Made by a program: the position numbers and the translations under genes. A stretch of 64,000 bases of DNA. It comes from Octopus vulgaris. Taxonomy: Eukaryota. Below the pieces are notes generated by a model that did not search any database, was not told the origin of the DNA, and was given only the letters and a program-made list of their open reading frames with translations. The stretch is taken from positions 85,002,001-85,066,000 of the forward strand of contig OX597814.1 in NCBI GenBank assembly GCA_951406725.2, written 5' to 3'. This document shows positions 13,363-26,025 of the stretch, one piece after another. How positions within the stretch are numbered: the first letter of the stretch is position 1; each line of letters starts with the position of its first letter.

Positions 13363-13800
13363 TAAGGCAATGAGCTAGCAGAAAAAATACTTTGCAGCAT
13401 TCTTCTAGTTTTACATCCTGAGTTCAAATTCTGCCAAGGTCGATTTTGCCTTTCATTCTTTTGGGGTTGATAAATTAAGTACCAGATGAGTACAGGGGTC
13501 AATGTTATCAACTAGTCCCCTCCCTGCAAATTTCAGGCCTTGTGCCTATAGTAAAAAGGATTGTTATTATTGTTGTTGTTGTTGTTATCATCATTATCTG
13601 CATCAGACAAAATGCTTAGCAGCATTTCCTCCAGCTCTTTACATGTTGAGTTCAAAACCTGCCCAGGTCAAGTTTCCCTTTCATCCTTTCAGGGTCAATG
13701 AAATAAAGTACCACTCATGTACTGGGGTCAATGTAATCAACTATCCTCCTCCCATTAAAACTGCTGGTCTTGTGCCAAAATTTGAAACAATTATTAACAT
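13363..13800 (+). mobile_element. Two tandem SINEs (GAGTTCAAATTC...CTTTGCCTTTCATCCTTT family)
   Basis: B-box-like GAGTTCAAAT and a shared core; other copies at 19240, 39541, 41570, 43800-44390, 46740, 47465 and 53740. Confidence 0.8.
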
Positions 13801-14179
13801 AATTATTGTTATTATTGAACATTACCTAATCAATAATTTCCATAATGATAGTAAACTGTTTTCATTGATCAGTGTTTGTAAATGCTTTTTTTAAGAGGAA
13901 AAAAAAGCAATTATATTTTTAATTAACTAATTTTTAGTCTATTATTGTTGTTTCCAGTAGCAAATTGTAAAGAATTTTGTCTTTTTTATTTTGGGCCTGA
14001 TGCACATTTCATACACATGCTAAAAAACTTTTTGGTAAGATCTGTTAAAAGAGTAGAATAGTTATGGTTGTTGCAATTAGTGTTGTTTGTTGGACATAGG
14101 CTTTATTTTAAATTAACACAGATGTGCCTTGTTGTACTCAAGAAGACATATCCACCACAGTAGAATTGTTAATGCTCTC

Positions 14180-14585
14180 CTCCCAGTTGAAGGGGGTTTT
14201 GCCTTGTAAGAGCCCCATACTGATGTCACATAAAAACCACCTATACTAGTGCCATGTAAAAATTACCTATGTTGGTGCAACATAAAAAGCACCCATGCCA
14301 GTGATATGTAAAAAGAACTGTGCTGGTACAACATAAAAAGCACCTATGCCAGACCATGTAAAAAGCACCTATGTCAGACCATGTAAAAAGCACCTATGCC
14401 AGACCATGTAAAAAGCACCAAGCACACTTTATAAAGTGGTTGGTGTTAGGAAGGGCATCCAGCTGTAGAAACCAAGCCAAATCCAACAGGAACCTGGTCT
14501 TGGTCCTTAACTTGCCAGATCTGGTCAAACTGTCCAACCCCTTCCAGCATGGAAATGGGTGCTAAATGAGGATGATGATGAGGAG
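14180..14585 (+). mobile_element. SINE/LINE-tail repeat (GTAAAGTGGTTGGCGTTAGGAAGGGCATCC family) with an internal ~20-bp tandem array
   Basis: About 9-10 GCCATGTAAAAAGCACCTAT-like units at 14220-14420, then the family 3' end and a (GAT)n tail; relatives at 22670, 23835, 26960, 29700, 54250 and 60720. Confidence 0.8.
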
Positions 14586-15630
14586 GATTTGTAAATAAAA
14601 CTGTTCAGGAGCCTGCTAGCTGTATTTGTACCAATAATTCCAAAGTCCAACTGTGTCACAGTTGATTCTGCCTGAGAATTATATTAAGGATACAGAAGAT
14701 TGTGGTATACACAGCCACTTATATATTAATGTGAAAAATAGGTAGTTCAGCCAATCTAACAGCTGAATACTAATCATCAAAACCAACAGAGATTTGATTT
14801 ACTGTTTCTCCATTGAATGATATCAAAGTCATAAAAATATCAAATACACATGTGATAAATGAACATTCTAAACACACAAATCAAATGGATTTTAAAATGC
14901 CTTTAAAGAGGATACTTACTACACATGTCTTCCTTGAAATATAATATTTGACTGTCTACATTTACAGCATATGAAATGAAGGAAGAAGCTCTCTACTTTT
15001 TTTTTTTTTTTTTTTTTTTGTGCTGTATTCCACAGAAAATTGTTTTTAATCATTGCAGAAAATAGCATACATAAAACAGAGAGCTTGAAACATATTAGAA
15101 ATTATGAGAAAATAATTTTTGTCTAGAAATTTCAAAATCATCAGTTTAGGTTTTATTGATCCTCTTTTATTGATCCTATTCACTGTCAAAGTGAGTGGAA
15201 TACTATGAGATCCACAATAAAATACCTGATGGATATGAAAATAATTTTAATGCATATTTTGTTGCTATCTTCAATTTATTGACAGTCTTAAAAGGTTTCA
15301 TATGAAAATTCATAACAATCCTTCACAATATTTTTTCTTCTTTATTTAAGTTATATATTCAATAGTGAAGACCCTTTTTAATTTGCTAAGCCAGTCAAAA
15401 TCTGCCATAGCAACGAAGCTCAATTATTATAACCATCATCATATATTTAGGAATCATCTTAAAGCAGTAGTTCTCATAGGAGTGTGGTGTGCATGAGAGT
15501 GAAAATTGTGAAGAAGGCAGACAAATTGTCATTTTTAATAAAAAAAAATTAAGATGGCTTCCAGCTTCTTAAACATGTCAAAACATTTTGAAAAAAGAAG
15601 CATTATATGGATACCAAATCTATTTATTGT

Positions 15631-15820
<190 letters not shown>

Positions 15821-15985
15821 AAAAAAATGTCACAAATATAGTGGGGCAAAACCGGTATTTTTGAGTTTGAGAATCACTGATCTTAATGTAAAGTTGTGAG
15901 AATAGCAAAAAGGCGTTGTACTCGACACCATCCCTACAAATGAAAGGAACACAGGTAAAATCACCAAAGTCACTACAAATTTTAA

Positions 15986-16186
15986 CCCTTTAGCATTCAG
16001 ATTACTGTCAAATGTAATGCACATTGGTTCACATTGTTTTGAATTTACCATGCATTACATCATGGCTTTGAGATTTCAACAATGTGATTGCTTACTTTTA
16101 GAATGACATTGCAGAGCTGGTGTGATAGGCTGGATTTAGCATGTTTGAACATGCCTGATAGACATCACTAGTTTAAATGCTAAAGG
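15986..16186 (+). mobile_element. piggyBac-type MITE, family 2 (TIR CCCTTTAGCA)
   Basis: TTAA|CCCTTTAGCATTCAGATTAC ... TTTAAATGCTAAAGG; further copies at 29582/30275, 35950, 36156 and 52176. Confidence 0.8.
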
Positions 16187-18584
16187 AAGAATGATCACTC
16201 CCAGCCACCAATAGAAATATATACATATATTGTCAGTGACAAAACAGCTGACGGTTCTTTTTAAAATTCAGACCATAGCTTAATTTTCACTATCTACCTT
16301 CTTTCTTCAAAGACTCCCTTACTCATGCCGATATGAGATATTACTAAATCATAGCTGACTAGATTCTTTTGTTTGTTTATTTTTCTTATTAATTTTCTTG
16401 TCAAACTAATAAAAGTGCTTTTCCAATTTTGCACCGGACATCTAATTACAGTTAGATTTGGTGGAATACACAATTTTAATGATGTGACTTTATTGTACAG
16501 TAGATGTGAGAGAGACCAGATATGGCCAGTTTGAAGATAAGACTGGAAGAATATTAGAGCTGGATAAGGCTGGTTTAAATGCTAATAGGATAAACCTTAG
16601 AATCTCTGATAATCTCTTTATAGCAAACTCTCTCTCACACGCACGTACACACACACACATATGTATATACATATAACACTGGCAAAACTGCATTCCTCTA
16701 AGACTAAGCTTTTCCTTCAATGACAGAAAACACCTCAGTAATAATCAGAAAAGGGCTAAAATAACAACAATAATGAAACAATAATGACTAGAGAACTATG
16801 ACATGTGGTTAATTTAGGTAAGGATATTGAGTCAATTTGGTGAAACAATGTTGTTGAAATAGAGACAACAACTGACAGGAGCATTTAAAGAGAATTAAGG
16901 CGAGAAATGAAAAGTGAAAAAAACAATTGAACATAACCATAATCAGGAATTAGGTTATGGATTCATAAAACTAGAATGTAGTTAATTGATAATGAGTCAA
17001 TCCCTGAGTGAAACAGCTAGAAATAAACTCTCAAATCTTTCCAATTTATTCTTCTTTGAAAATTGGATATCACAAAAAACAAAACAAAAAAATGTTTGAG
17101 GGCTTCAATAGTAATGATGATGATGGTGACTAACTCCAATATATGCATAATAATCTAGAGGCTACAGGTTTTACAAAATGTTTCTTTTTAAATGTCTTCA
17201 ATTAAAAGATGTTTCCAAATTAATAAACAAATATAAAACCAAAAAATTCTCATGCTGTTCATCAATTCATTTGGAATGTATAAATTTAATTCATAGTAAA
17301 CACTAATTTTTTTTTCTTTTTTTGAAAGTTGCTTGTCTATTGCAATTTTTTGATTTTGTTTTCTTTTATTTATTTATTACTTCTTTTTTTTTTTTACATA
17401 TTGTGATTTAGTAATTTTCATTTTCTAGATAAGTTTTTAATTGTTAGCAGTTCCACAATAATAGCTCTGACAAGGTAATTGAAAAGGAAGTATTAGCACT
17501 GCTAGATATATCATAATAATTACAGTTGAAGAGGAGCTTGCAAAGCTGCTCCACTGATACAATGGGGATGGGGTGATGGTGGAAGGGAGAGAGAGAGGGC
17601 GGGAGAGTTAGTTTGTCTAAATCATTCTCACATCCATCATGTTAATAATTACCACTTCATAATGTTCCACTTGCTTTTGAAACACAGAAGACAAAACCTA
17701 ATATGTGAGTGAATCAATGAAATGAAAGTAATAAGAAAAACAACAGAGCAGCTGTTTGCTAGTTAAAAGATGTAACTGTTTAGTATAGAGATATATATAT
17801 ATATATATATATATATTTGTATGTATTTGTGTGTGTGTGTGTGTGTGTGTTCGCATACACACACAAATACATATAAGTGTGTATATATATGTATACACAT
17901 ACAAACATATATACTCATATATGTATGCTCAATTATAATAAAACAAACATAATATAAAGACATACACAAAAACTTGTAGAGATCTTTACATGTATCAAGA
18001 AATATTTATTTATAAATACTTAAATAATTACACATGTACAAACACACATCCAACAATAACAAGCATTCAAAGATAGTAATGCTGATGATGTTTTGAAAAG
18101 ATGGAGAGGTGATTAGCAAAAATATAGACAGACATGGAAAAAGAAGTCAATCTGTGTTTTGGCAAAGGGAATATGGCAGTAGTAGGTGTTAGTGCTTAAT
18201 TGGGGATTAGGTTGCAGTTAGTAAATGCAAAGGAGTAGGGGTTACTATAACAACATCAGAAGTTGCTAAAGGAGCACACATACTGTTGAAGAACCAGAAG
18301 TTGAGAGGGGTCACAGAGGAAATGTTTAGTTGCTATAATGTGATTTCTGAAGTTAAATTAGTATGGAATTGATTAAAGGAACCACAAAACACCTGGCATT
18401 AGACAATGCTTCATTTCCCAGAATATAGAGGTATTATATTGAGTTGTTAATTGAGTAGGGTACCAAACTGAAGCTAAGATACAACCAGTAGTAATGCTAG
18501 AGTAGAGGACTTTGGGCATGTTTGCAAATTAGATCTCCAACAAGATGCATAAATGAAGAACTAATCTAATCTATGCAACATCTT

Positions 18585-18740
18585 TTATCTTTTACTTATT
18601 TCAGTCACATGGTTCAAGGTTCAGTCCCACTATATAGCAACCTTGGTCAAGTGTCTTCTGCTACAGCCTCAGGATGGCCAAAGCTTTGTGAATGGATTTG
18701 GTAAACTGAAAGAAGCCTATCATATGTGTGCGTGCGTGCA

Positions 18741-18799
<59 letters not shown>

Positions 18800-19022
18800 A
18801 TGTGCATGTGTGTCTTTGTGTTTGGACCCCACCACTGCTTAACAACTGGTGTTGGTTTGTTTATGTCCCTGTAACAGAGCAGTTTGGTAAAAAAAGACAG
18901 ACTGAATAAGTACCAAGCTTAAGAAAAAAATAAATACTGGGAGCAATTTGCTCAGCTAAACTCTTTATGGCAGTACCCCAGCATGGTCACAGTCCAATGA
19001 CTGAGACAAATAAAAAATAAAA
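18585..19022 (+). mobile_element. tRNA-derived SINE (family A) with internal (GT)n
   Basis: GGTTCAGTCCCACT B-box-like head, central GT repeat and GACTGAGACAAATAAAA tail; homologous to 62321-62685. Confidence 0.8.
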
Positions 19023-19579
19023 GACAAAAATCAACAAGTTAAGGTTTAGGACTTTGGGCTTTTATAGTTTTGAGTTCAAACCTTACTATTTTATTGCACA
19101 GGGATTTATGGAAAGCATATGATTATGTCTGCCTCACTTTATCAAGTTATTGATGACTTTGCTATTTCACAATTAAGAAGTTAGCAGTAGAAAAAGGTCA
19201 TCTGAGTATAAATACAAATGCAATAATAATAAACAAGTGTAAGGCAGCGAGCTGGTGGAATCATTAGCATGCCAGACAAAATACTCAGCAGCATTTCATT
19301 TGTCTTTACATTCTGAGTTAAAATTCCAAGGTCAACTTTGCCTTTCATCTTTTTCAGGGTCGATAAAATGAATACCAGTTGAACACTGGGGTTTCTGTAA
19401 TTGATTTACTCACTCTCCGAAATTGCTGGCCATGTGTCAAAATATGATAGTGTAAAAAAAATTAACAAAATCATCCTGACAATGACAAGTCCTTTAACCC
19501 CTTAGGGGTTGTTGGGGCACTTCGGCCATGCAGAGCATCTAGGGTGAGAAAGCCTGGCGGAGCCCATCCCTCTCCAGGT

Positions 19580-20025
19580 TAAACTCATTTCTACAGCTGA
19601 GTGGACTGGAGCAACATGAAATGAAGTGTTTTGCTGAAGAACACAACCGATCATCCAGTCCAGGAATCGAAATCACAATGGTTGTGAATCCAACACTCTA
19701 ACCACTAAGTGACGCACTTCCAGTAGTGGTACTCCTTTCTACAGCCGAGTAAACTGGGGTAACATGAAGTGCTTTGCTGAAGAACACAATGCATCACCTG
19801 GTCCAGGAATTGAAGCCACAATCTTACGATTGTGAGTCCAATACTCTAACCACAAAGTGTCGTGCTTCCTCTAATGGTACTCATTTATACGGTTGAGTGG
19901 ACTAGAGCAATGAAAAATGAAGTGTTTTGCTCAAGAACACAACAGATCACTTGGTTCAGGGATCAAAACTTCAATCTTACAATTGTGAGTCCAACACCCT
20001 AACCACTAAGCCATGTGCTCCCACA
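19580..20025 (-). repeat. Three tandem ~150-bp SINE-head units
   Basis: CTCATTTCTACAGCTGAGTGGACTGGAGCAACATGAA...CCAACACTCTAACCACTAAG recurs at about 19584, 19731 and 19880. Confidence 0.85.
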
Positions 20026-21129
20026 CTAAGTTTTGTCCTACCTACATACAAAGATGGAAAATTGAAGTATAAAAGGGAAATGGGGAAAATAAAAGACGAC
20101 TTGAGCTTCTGTGTATGTTTTAGTAAAATCCAGTTCATCTTTCAGATTTCTGGACAAGTTAATCAGATTGAAACAATATTTGCACTTACATTCACACAGT
20201 AATAACATGCAGACTATTAACACAGCAAGGATAAGACCAACCAGAAGTATATATTACAAAAAAACATGCAAATGAACAAAGAATCTTCTATGCAGCCATT
20301 CAACTTGTTAGATGTAGTAGCCTAATCTCCCTCACATCACACCCTACCACCTTAAAAAAAATGTTTTAAAGAATTTGGATAATATAGTCACACGCACACT
20401 GGAACACTTTTGAGATAAGTCTGTTCAATCAGGAAAGATCTGGAACTAAACAGCAACAATAATAATAACATATAAGTACAAATAAAAACAAAAATAAAAG
20501 CGTTTTAACATACAGAGCTGTAAGAGTACATAAAAATTCCCCAAAAAATCAACACACACATACACACAAATATATATAAAAACTACAAATATACACAAGT
20601 ACAGACACTTCACACCCAACAAACATATAGTGCAAGCACATAAACAGAAACATACAGATCAAAATGCTTACACATACACAATTAAAACCAATTGTGGTAA
20701 TACATAACTGCACACACATACAGAATACAGTACAAGCACACCTGACACCATAAGGACGGACACGGAAACACACACGCACGTGCGCGCAGAGAGAACAGCT
20801 AGTATTAAGTCAAATGAGCAAAGGCTAATTGGAAGAGATTCAGAAAAATAAAATGAAATTTGCATAGTAAGTGAAGAGAGAGAAGAGAGCTTAGGCAAAG
20901 CTGGAGAGAAATTAGGATAATAAAATATAAAATGTAAGTTCACATGCAAATAAAATAGAAGATAAAAAATATGGATTTATTGAGCACTGTCCTAAACTCT
21001 AGCACAGCTGCCACTTGAAGGTTTAGACAACAGAGAAGCAAATCAACAGGTTATTCTTAAACATTTTGATAAGAAAAAAAATGTTAATAACTTTAACCAG
21101 ATTTTCTTTAAACAAAACAAAGGAGCTGC

Positions 21130-21800
21130 TTGCTAGAGAGTTTCAGGAGAGACTGTATTGGTAGGTATATGAGTGATAGATGTTAGCATAAACAAGCAAG
21201 ACTCCTTTTTTGCTCAAACAACACAAGACAGAAATCACAAAGCAATGATAAGCAACTGGAAGACTGAGAAACTGATGAAAGTACAACCAGTTTTATTTAC
21301 TATTGAGCAGTTTAGTTTCAGATCAAGACATTACGGCTAAATGAAAGAGTAGAATGAGCAGTTACCGAATCCTACGTTTGCGTTCCGTCTGTTTGATGAT
21401 GTAGCTGGCCTAAGGGAAGAGGATAGACACCTCGCACAAACTGTTGATAATGATATGGATTCCATGAGCTCTGCATGGGAAAGAAGATTGGCTAGTGAAT
21501 ACTACTAATAGCAGTTGAAGAAGAAGAATTAGAATTAGAAGAAGAATAGTAAGAAATCAGAACAATTGAAAGAAATTTTAACTTTAGATAGTCATTGAAC
21601 AAATGAATAATTTTAGAAACTTAGGGAGAATTGGTATTCGCATCTGTTGAAGAATTGAACCATGTAATAACAATGTAGCCAGAACAAAATGTAAGTCCTA
21701 TAAGGAACAAAACCACTCAGACCAATGACGTGTAGGACCTATAAGTGCATCTAATAACTATACAAGAACTGAATCGCATAATGCACCACAATCCAGAAGA
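21130..21800 (+). mobile_element. Highly decayed LINE reverse transcriptase fragment
   Basis: RLFDDVAGL (FADD-like) and IEQMNNFRNLG (FxYLG-like) at the expected spacing. Confidence 0.45.
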
Positions 21801-22295
21801 GGAAAAGAAAATTTTTTAATAAAACTTCTATGCTGGAGTCCCAGTATAATCCAATATGAGTTGCTAGAATTAGTAAAAGGGAATGGTGGTGGGGACAAAC
21901 AAAACAGACAAAAACCAACAACAGATCCTGTCGGAAATCTTAACAGAATAAGACAACGACTTATACATTGTAGCTTTTATTATCCAACAGTCAAATTAGT
22001 GATGTGCAAAGAGCATTAAAAAACAAATCAAAAGTAGTTATGCAGCAAGGTGAAGATGAACACACACTTACACACACACACACACACACACACAGACACA
22101 CATGTATGGGGATGCAAACAGAAAAAATAGAACTCACAATATGAGTATATGTACATTTTCATTAATCTTTAGCAAAAGCACAAGTGACTCAAGAATCAAG
22201 AGTTTTGTGTGTTAACACTTATCAAACTTGAGGAGTGCCAACGTGACTCAGCCCTTGAGTCAATCTGTTGCCTCTGCAAATGAGTAATATACATA

Positions 22296-22622
22296 TATCT
22301 TTTACTTGTTTCAGTCATGTTGGGGCACCACCTTCAAGAATTTTTAGTCAAACAAATCGATTCCAGTACTTATTTTTCTTTAAGTCTGGTACTTATTTTA
22401 TCAATCAATTTTGCTGTATTGCTAAGTTATGAGAACATAGACACACCAACACTAATTGTTGAGCAGTGCTGGGGGACACAGATTTTCTACCAAATTCACT
22501 CATAAGATTTTGGTTGGCCCAAGGCTGTAATATAAGACACTTGTCCAAAGCACCATGCAGTGGGACTGAACCTAGAACTATTAGGTTGAAAGCAAATTTC
22601 TTACCACACAGCCATCCCTGCA
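22296..22622 (-). mobile_element. SINE family A
   Basis: TCTTTTACTTGTTTCAGTCAT...GTGGGACTGAACC...CTTACCACACAGCC. Confidence 0.8.
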
Positions 22623-22669
22623 CACAGTAAATTTCTTACCTAACAGCCAGGCCTACACCTATATATACT

Positions 22670-23110
22670 TCATCATCATCGTTATCATTATTGTTTAATG
22701 TCCGTTTTCCATGCTGGTATGGGTTGGACAATTTGACTGAGGTCTGGAGAGCCAGCAGCTGCACCAAGCTCCAATCTGATCTCGCTATGTTTCTACAGCT
22801 GGATACTCTTCCTAATGCCAACCACTCCGAGAGTGTAGTGGGTGCTTTTTACATGCCACCAGCACAGGAGCCAGTCAGGTTGGCCTTGCATTGATCATGT
22901 TCAGATGGTGCATTTTATGTGCCACTGGCACAAGAGCCAGTCAGCAGGTCCTGGCATTAGCCATGATCGGTTGGTGCTTTTTATGTGCCACAGGCACAGG
23001 AGCCAGTCAGGCAGACATGGGATTGACCACATTCGGATAATGCTTTTTACATGTCACCAGCACAGGAGCCAGTCAGGGAGCACTGGCCATAGCTACGATA
23101 TTGGTTTTAC
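22670..23110 (-). mobile_element. SINE-like repeat with an internal ~63-bp tandem array (4 units)
   Basis: GGTGCTTTTTACATGCCACCAGCACAGGAGCCAGTCAGG recurs at about 22841, 22907, 22973 and 23040. Confidence 0.85.
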
Positions 23111-23625
23111 TTGACTCAACAGGTCTTCTGAAGCACAAAGCACATCATCATATCGCACAATGCATCAGGGGTATTCTTAACAGGGTCAGACGTGTGGCTG
23201 CGATCTCACTTTTGTTGCTGGGTCTTCGCTCTTATTCCTTTTATTTCCAATACTTATCCTCTTTATCCTTTTTTATCTTTATCTCCATTTCTACTATTCT
23301 CTCTTTCTTTTCTTTCTCTTCACTCACTCACAAACCTCTCCATTTTCTCTCTGATTTACCTGTCTACCATGATGTTTGTCTTTCTCACATTATATAGTTG
23401 TGTGGACCATTTCTCTCACATGCTAACTACTTGATCTATTCCTTCAATCTGGCTGTGTCATTCAAAATACTGCCTGGATTTGCCTGGGATAATACTTAAG
23501 GGGCTATACCTTCACGGAACTCCATACCCTCTGGAACAAGATGAACTATGAGCTTTATTCTTCTATCTACTGTTTTATTCTTCTTTATACTGTGAATTCT
23601 CTGGAACTTTCCTGCATACACCCCT

Positions 23626-23703
23626 TGTCTCTGATGACAGAATACCCAGTGTTATTGGATGTTGACCCATCACCTGGGATATCCCAGAAACAGCTGTAAG
23701 ACA
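23626..23703 (+). ncRNA. Type I hammerhead ribozyme motif (Penelope/retrozyme-like), stem II base degenerate
   Basis: UGUCU - CUGAUGA - stem II (..AUACCCAG...CUGGGAUAU..) - GAAA - CAGCUG - UA^ - AGACA. Core intact, 5-bp stem I, palindromic stem III (ACAGCUGU). Confidence 0.75.
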
Positions 23704-25923
23704 TTAATTACTTTTATTTCTTTTTTGATTCACCTTACTTTAATTAAATATTCTAAATGACCTGAGATACTCGTCCTGCCTTGTTTTGTTTTTTTCCCTT
23801 TAATATAAATACACACACACACACACAATCACATAAAAAGCACCCAGTACACTCTGTAAAGTGGTTGGCATTAGGAAGGGCATCCTGCTGTACAAATTAA
23901 GCCAAAACAGACTATAGAACCTGATGTGGCCCCTAGTCTTGCCAGCTCCTATTAAGCTGTCCAACCCATGCTAGCATGGAAAACAGTTGTTAAATAATAA
24001 TAATATACACATACATATATAAATACACAGAAACATATACACACATATTAATACATACTTCTAATATTCCAGTTTCATTTGGCTGTTGTATTTGTTTGGG
24101 TTCTTTTAAGTAATTTTCCTATATTTTACATTAACACAAAGCACATAGATATTTCAAAAGATCATTACACCATTTACTTCAAAGGAATAAATGAAAGTAA
24201 AGATGGTTATTTAAATAAGATTCTAAAGAATTCCCCCTACCTATATGTCTAGGTAATTCCCAAAAATGAAAATTTTACAATAAATTCACTAGCTCCAAGA
24301 CACTGTAAAGGAAAACCTAGTCATACATGTTTTTTTTTTTAATAGATATCCTTTTGTAAATGCAGTATTTCCACAGGACAAGCAAATATGAAACAAAAGC
24401 CCAAGATTACAAAGGTTCACTCAGAAAACATGACACTAATCTACTTACAATACACAACCAGTATAGATTATATCAAATCTACCAGGGCCCTAAACTGTTT
24501 ACCCAAGCACTCACTGGCATAATTATTCAGAGAGTAGAGAGATTTACAACCAAACATAAGGTCTATTAAACAGACTACATTTTATGACAAGAGACCACAG
24601 CCCACAAAACACTGATAACAAATTTCACATTCTAACTATATCCACACCCACATTCATACAACATTACTACAGTGAGGGATGCAAGTTTTACTGCAATTAA
24701 TTTTTATCCTTAGCCATTCCATATCAAAATACTACCCAACAGACACTTCATAAACAAAGAACACCTAACCTCAAACCTAAAACCATTTTTTCTTATAAGT
24801 GCTTTCCATAAACATTCACCAAATGCATCAAATGTGGCCAAATTTTCTAAAGCTTACTTTGAAACCACACAGCAACCAATCATTTGCAAGTGAATTCAAT
24901 AGACAGAAACTGTATTGAAACCTGTCACACAAAGATACACACACTCACATGTACAGTACGTATGTATATATAATGTATGTGCATCTTTGTGTTTGTTCCC
25001 TTCACTGCCATTTGACAACTGGTGTTGGTTGTTTATGTCTCTGTAACTTAGTGTTTCAACAAAAAAGACCAATAGAATAAATATCAGACTTAAAAATAAT
25101 AATAAATAAGTACCCATCAAGGAAGTGATCTTGCATGGCTGCAGTCTAATGACTGAAAAAAGTGAAAATAAAAGAAGAATCACCATTGCTCTAAACAAAA
25201 CCTCTTCCTCTTCTATTTGCTTCACATAAATATATACAGCCAAATACATCAAAACTGCTACAAGTTCAACTACTTCTGGAAGGCCAAATTTTCTAGTGAG
25301 ATTACAAAACAGCTAAAGAGTTCATTTGCCATTGCACTAAACAAGACCTCCCCATCCATCTCTACTGTAGTCATCATTTAAAACCTGTTGACAAACTAGC
25401 AAACTGATAACTGTTCTATTTTCAGCACTATAGTACCAGGTTTAAGACATGGAATCAGTCTGCCTAAGACAGGAATTAAAGGAGTTACCTTCATACCATG
25501 TGAAAATGCATCGTGTAGTGCTTTATGAGTTGAGCTTATAATCATTAGGTCACAAGTTCAATTCTTGCACTAGGCAATGATTGTATGTTTGAGCAAAGCA
25601 CTTCAGTCTACTTAGCTAAAACAAGTACCAGTGATAACTTGTGGGCAGCAAACTCTATGACAGACTGGTATCACATTTAGTGAGGAATCTGTACTTTCAA
25701 TTGCTTAAACACTAGGGAAGTGAGATAAGCTATGCCCTAATGAACCAGTAGGTTCGAAACAGATTTTAAATTAACCTTTATACCATAAATTGTTGCTATT
25801 GTTGGACCCAGATCAACTTAGATTGAGACAGCATATGATCAAAAGCACTTCAGTCATGATTATCTCATCTTGTGTTTTCTCATATTATTTTTTAAAACAG
25901 TATAAAAAGTAAAAAAAGTAAAG

Positions 25924-26025
25924 TTCCTTTCTGAGTTATACAGACTTATAAGGCCAGTTTCCTGGTTTCCATCATCTTGGAAACCAGGAAACTGGCCCTA
26001 TGAATCTGTATGACTCAGAAAGGAA
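25924..26025. repeat. 48-bp-arm hairpin with a 6-nt loop at a SINE end
   Basis: 25924-25971 is the reverse complement of 25978-26025 with 4 differences. Confidence 0.95.

Noticed and set aside
14220-14420. Short repeat array superficially like CRISPR (also 22840-23100 and 34530-35200)
   Set aside because: Units are contiguous or have homologous spacers, the context is a eukaryotic intron, and there are no cas genes.
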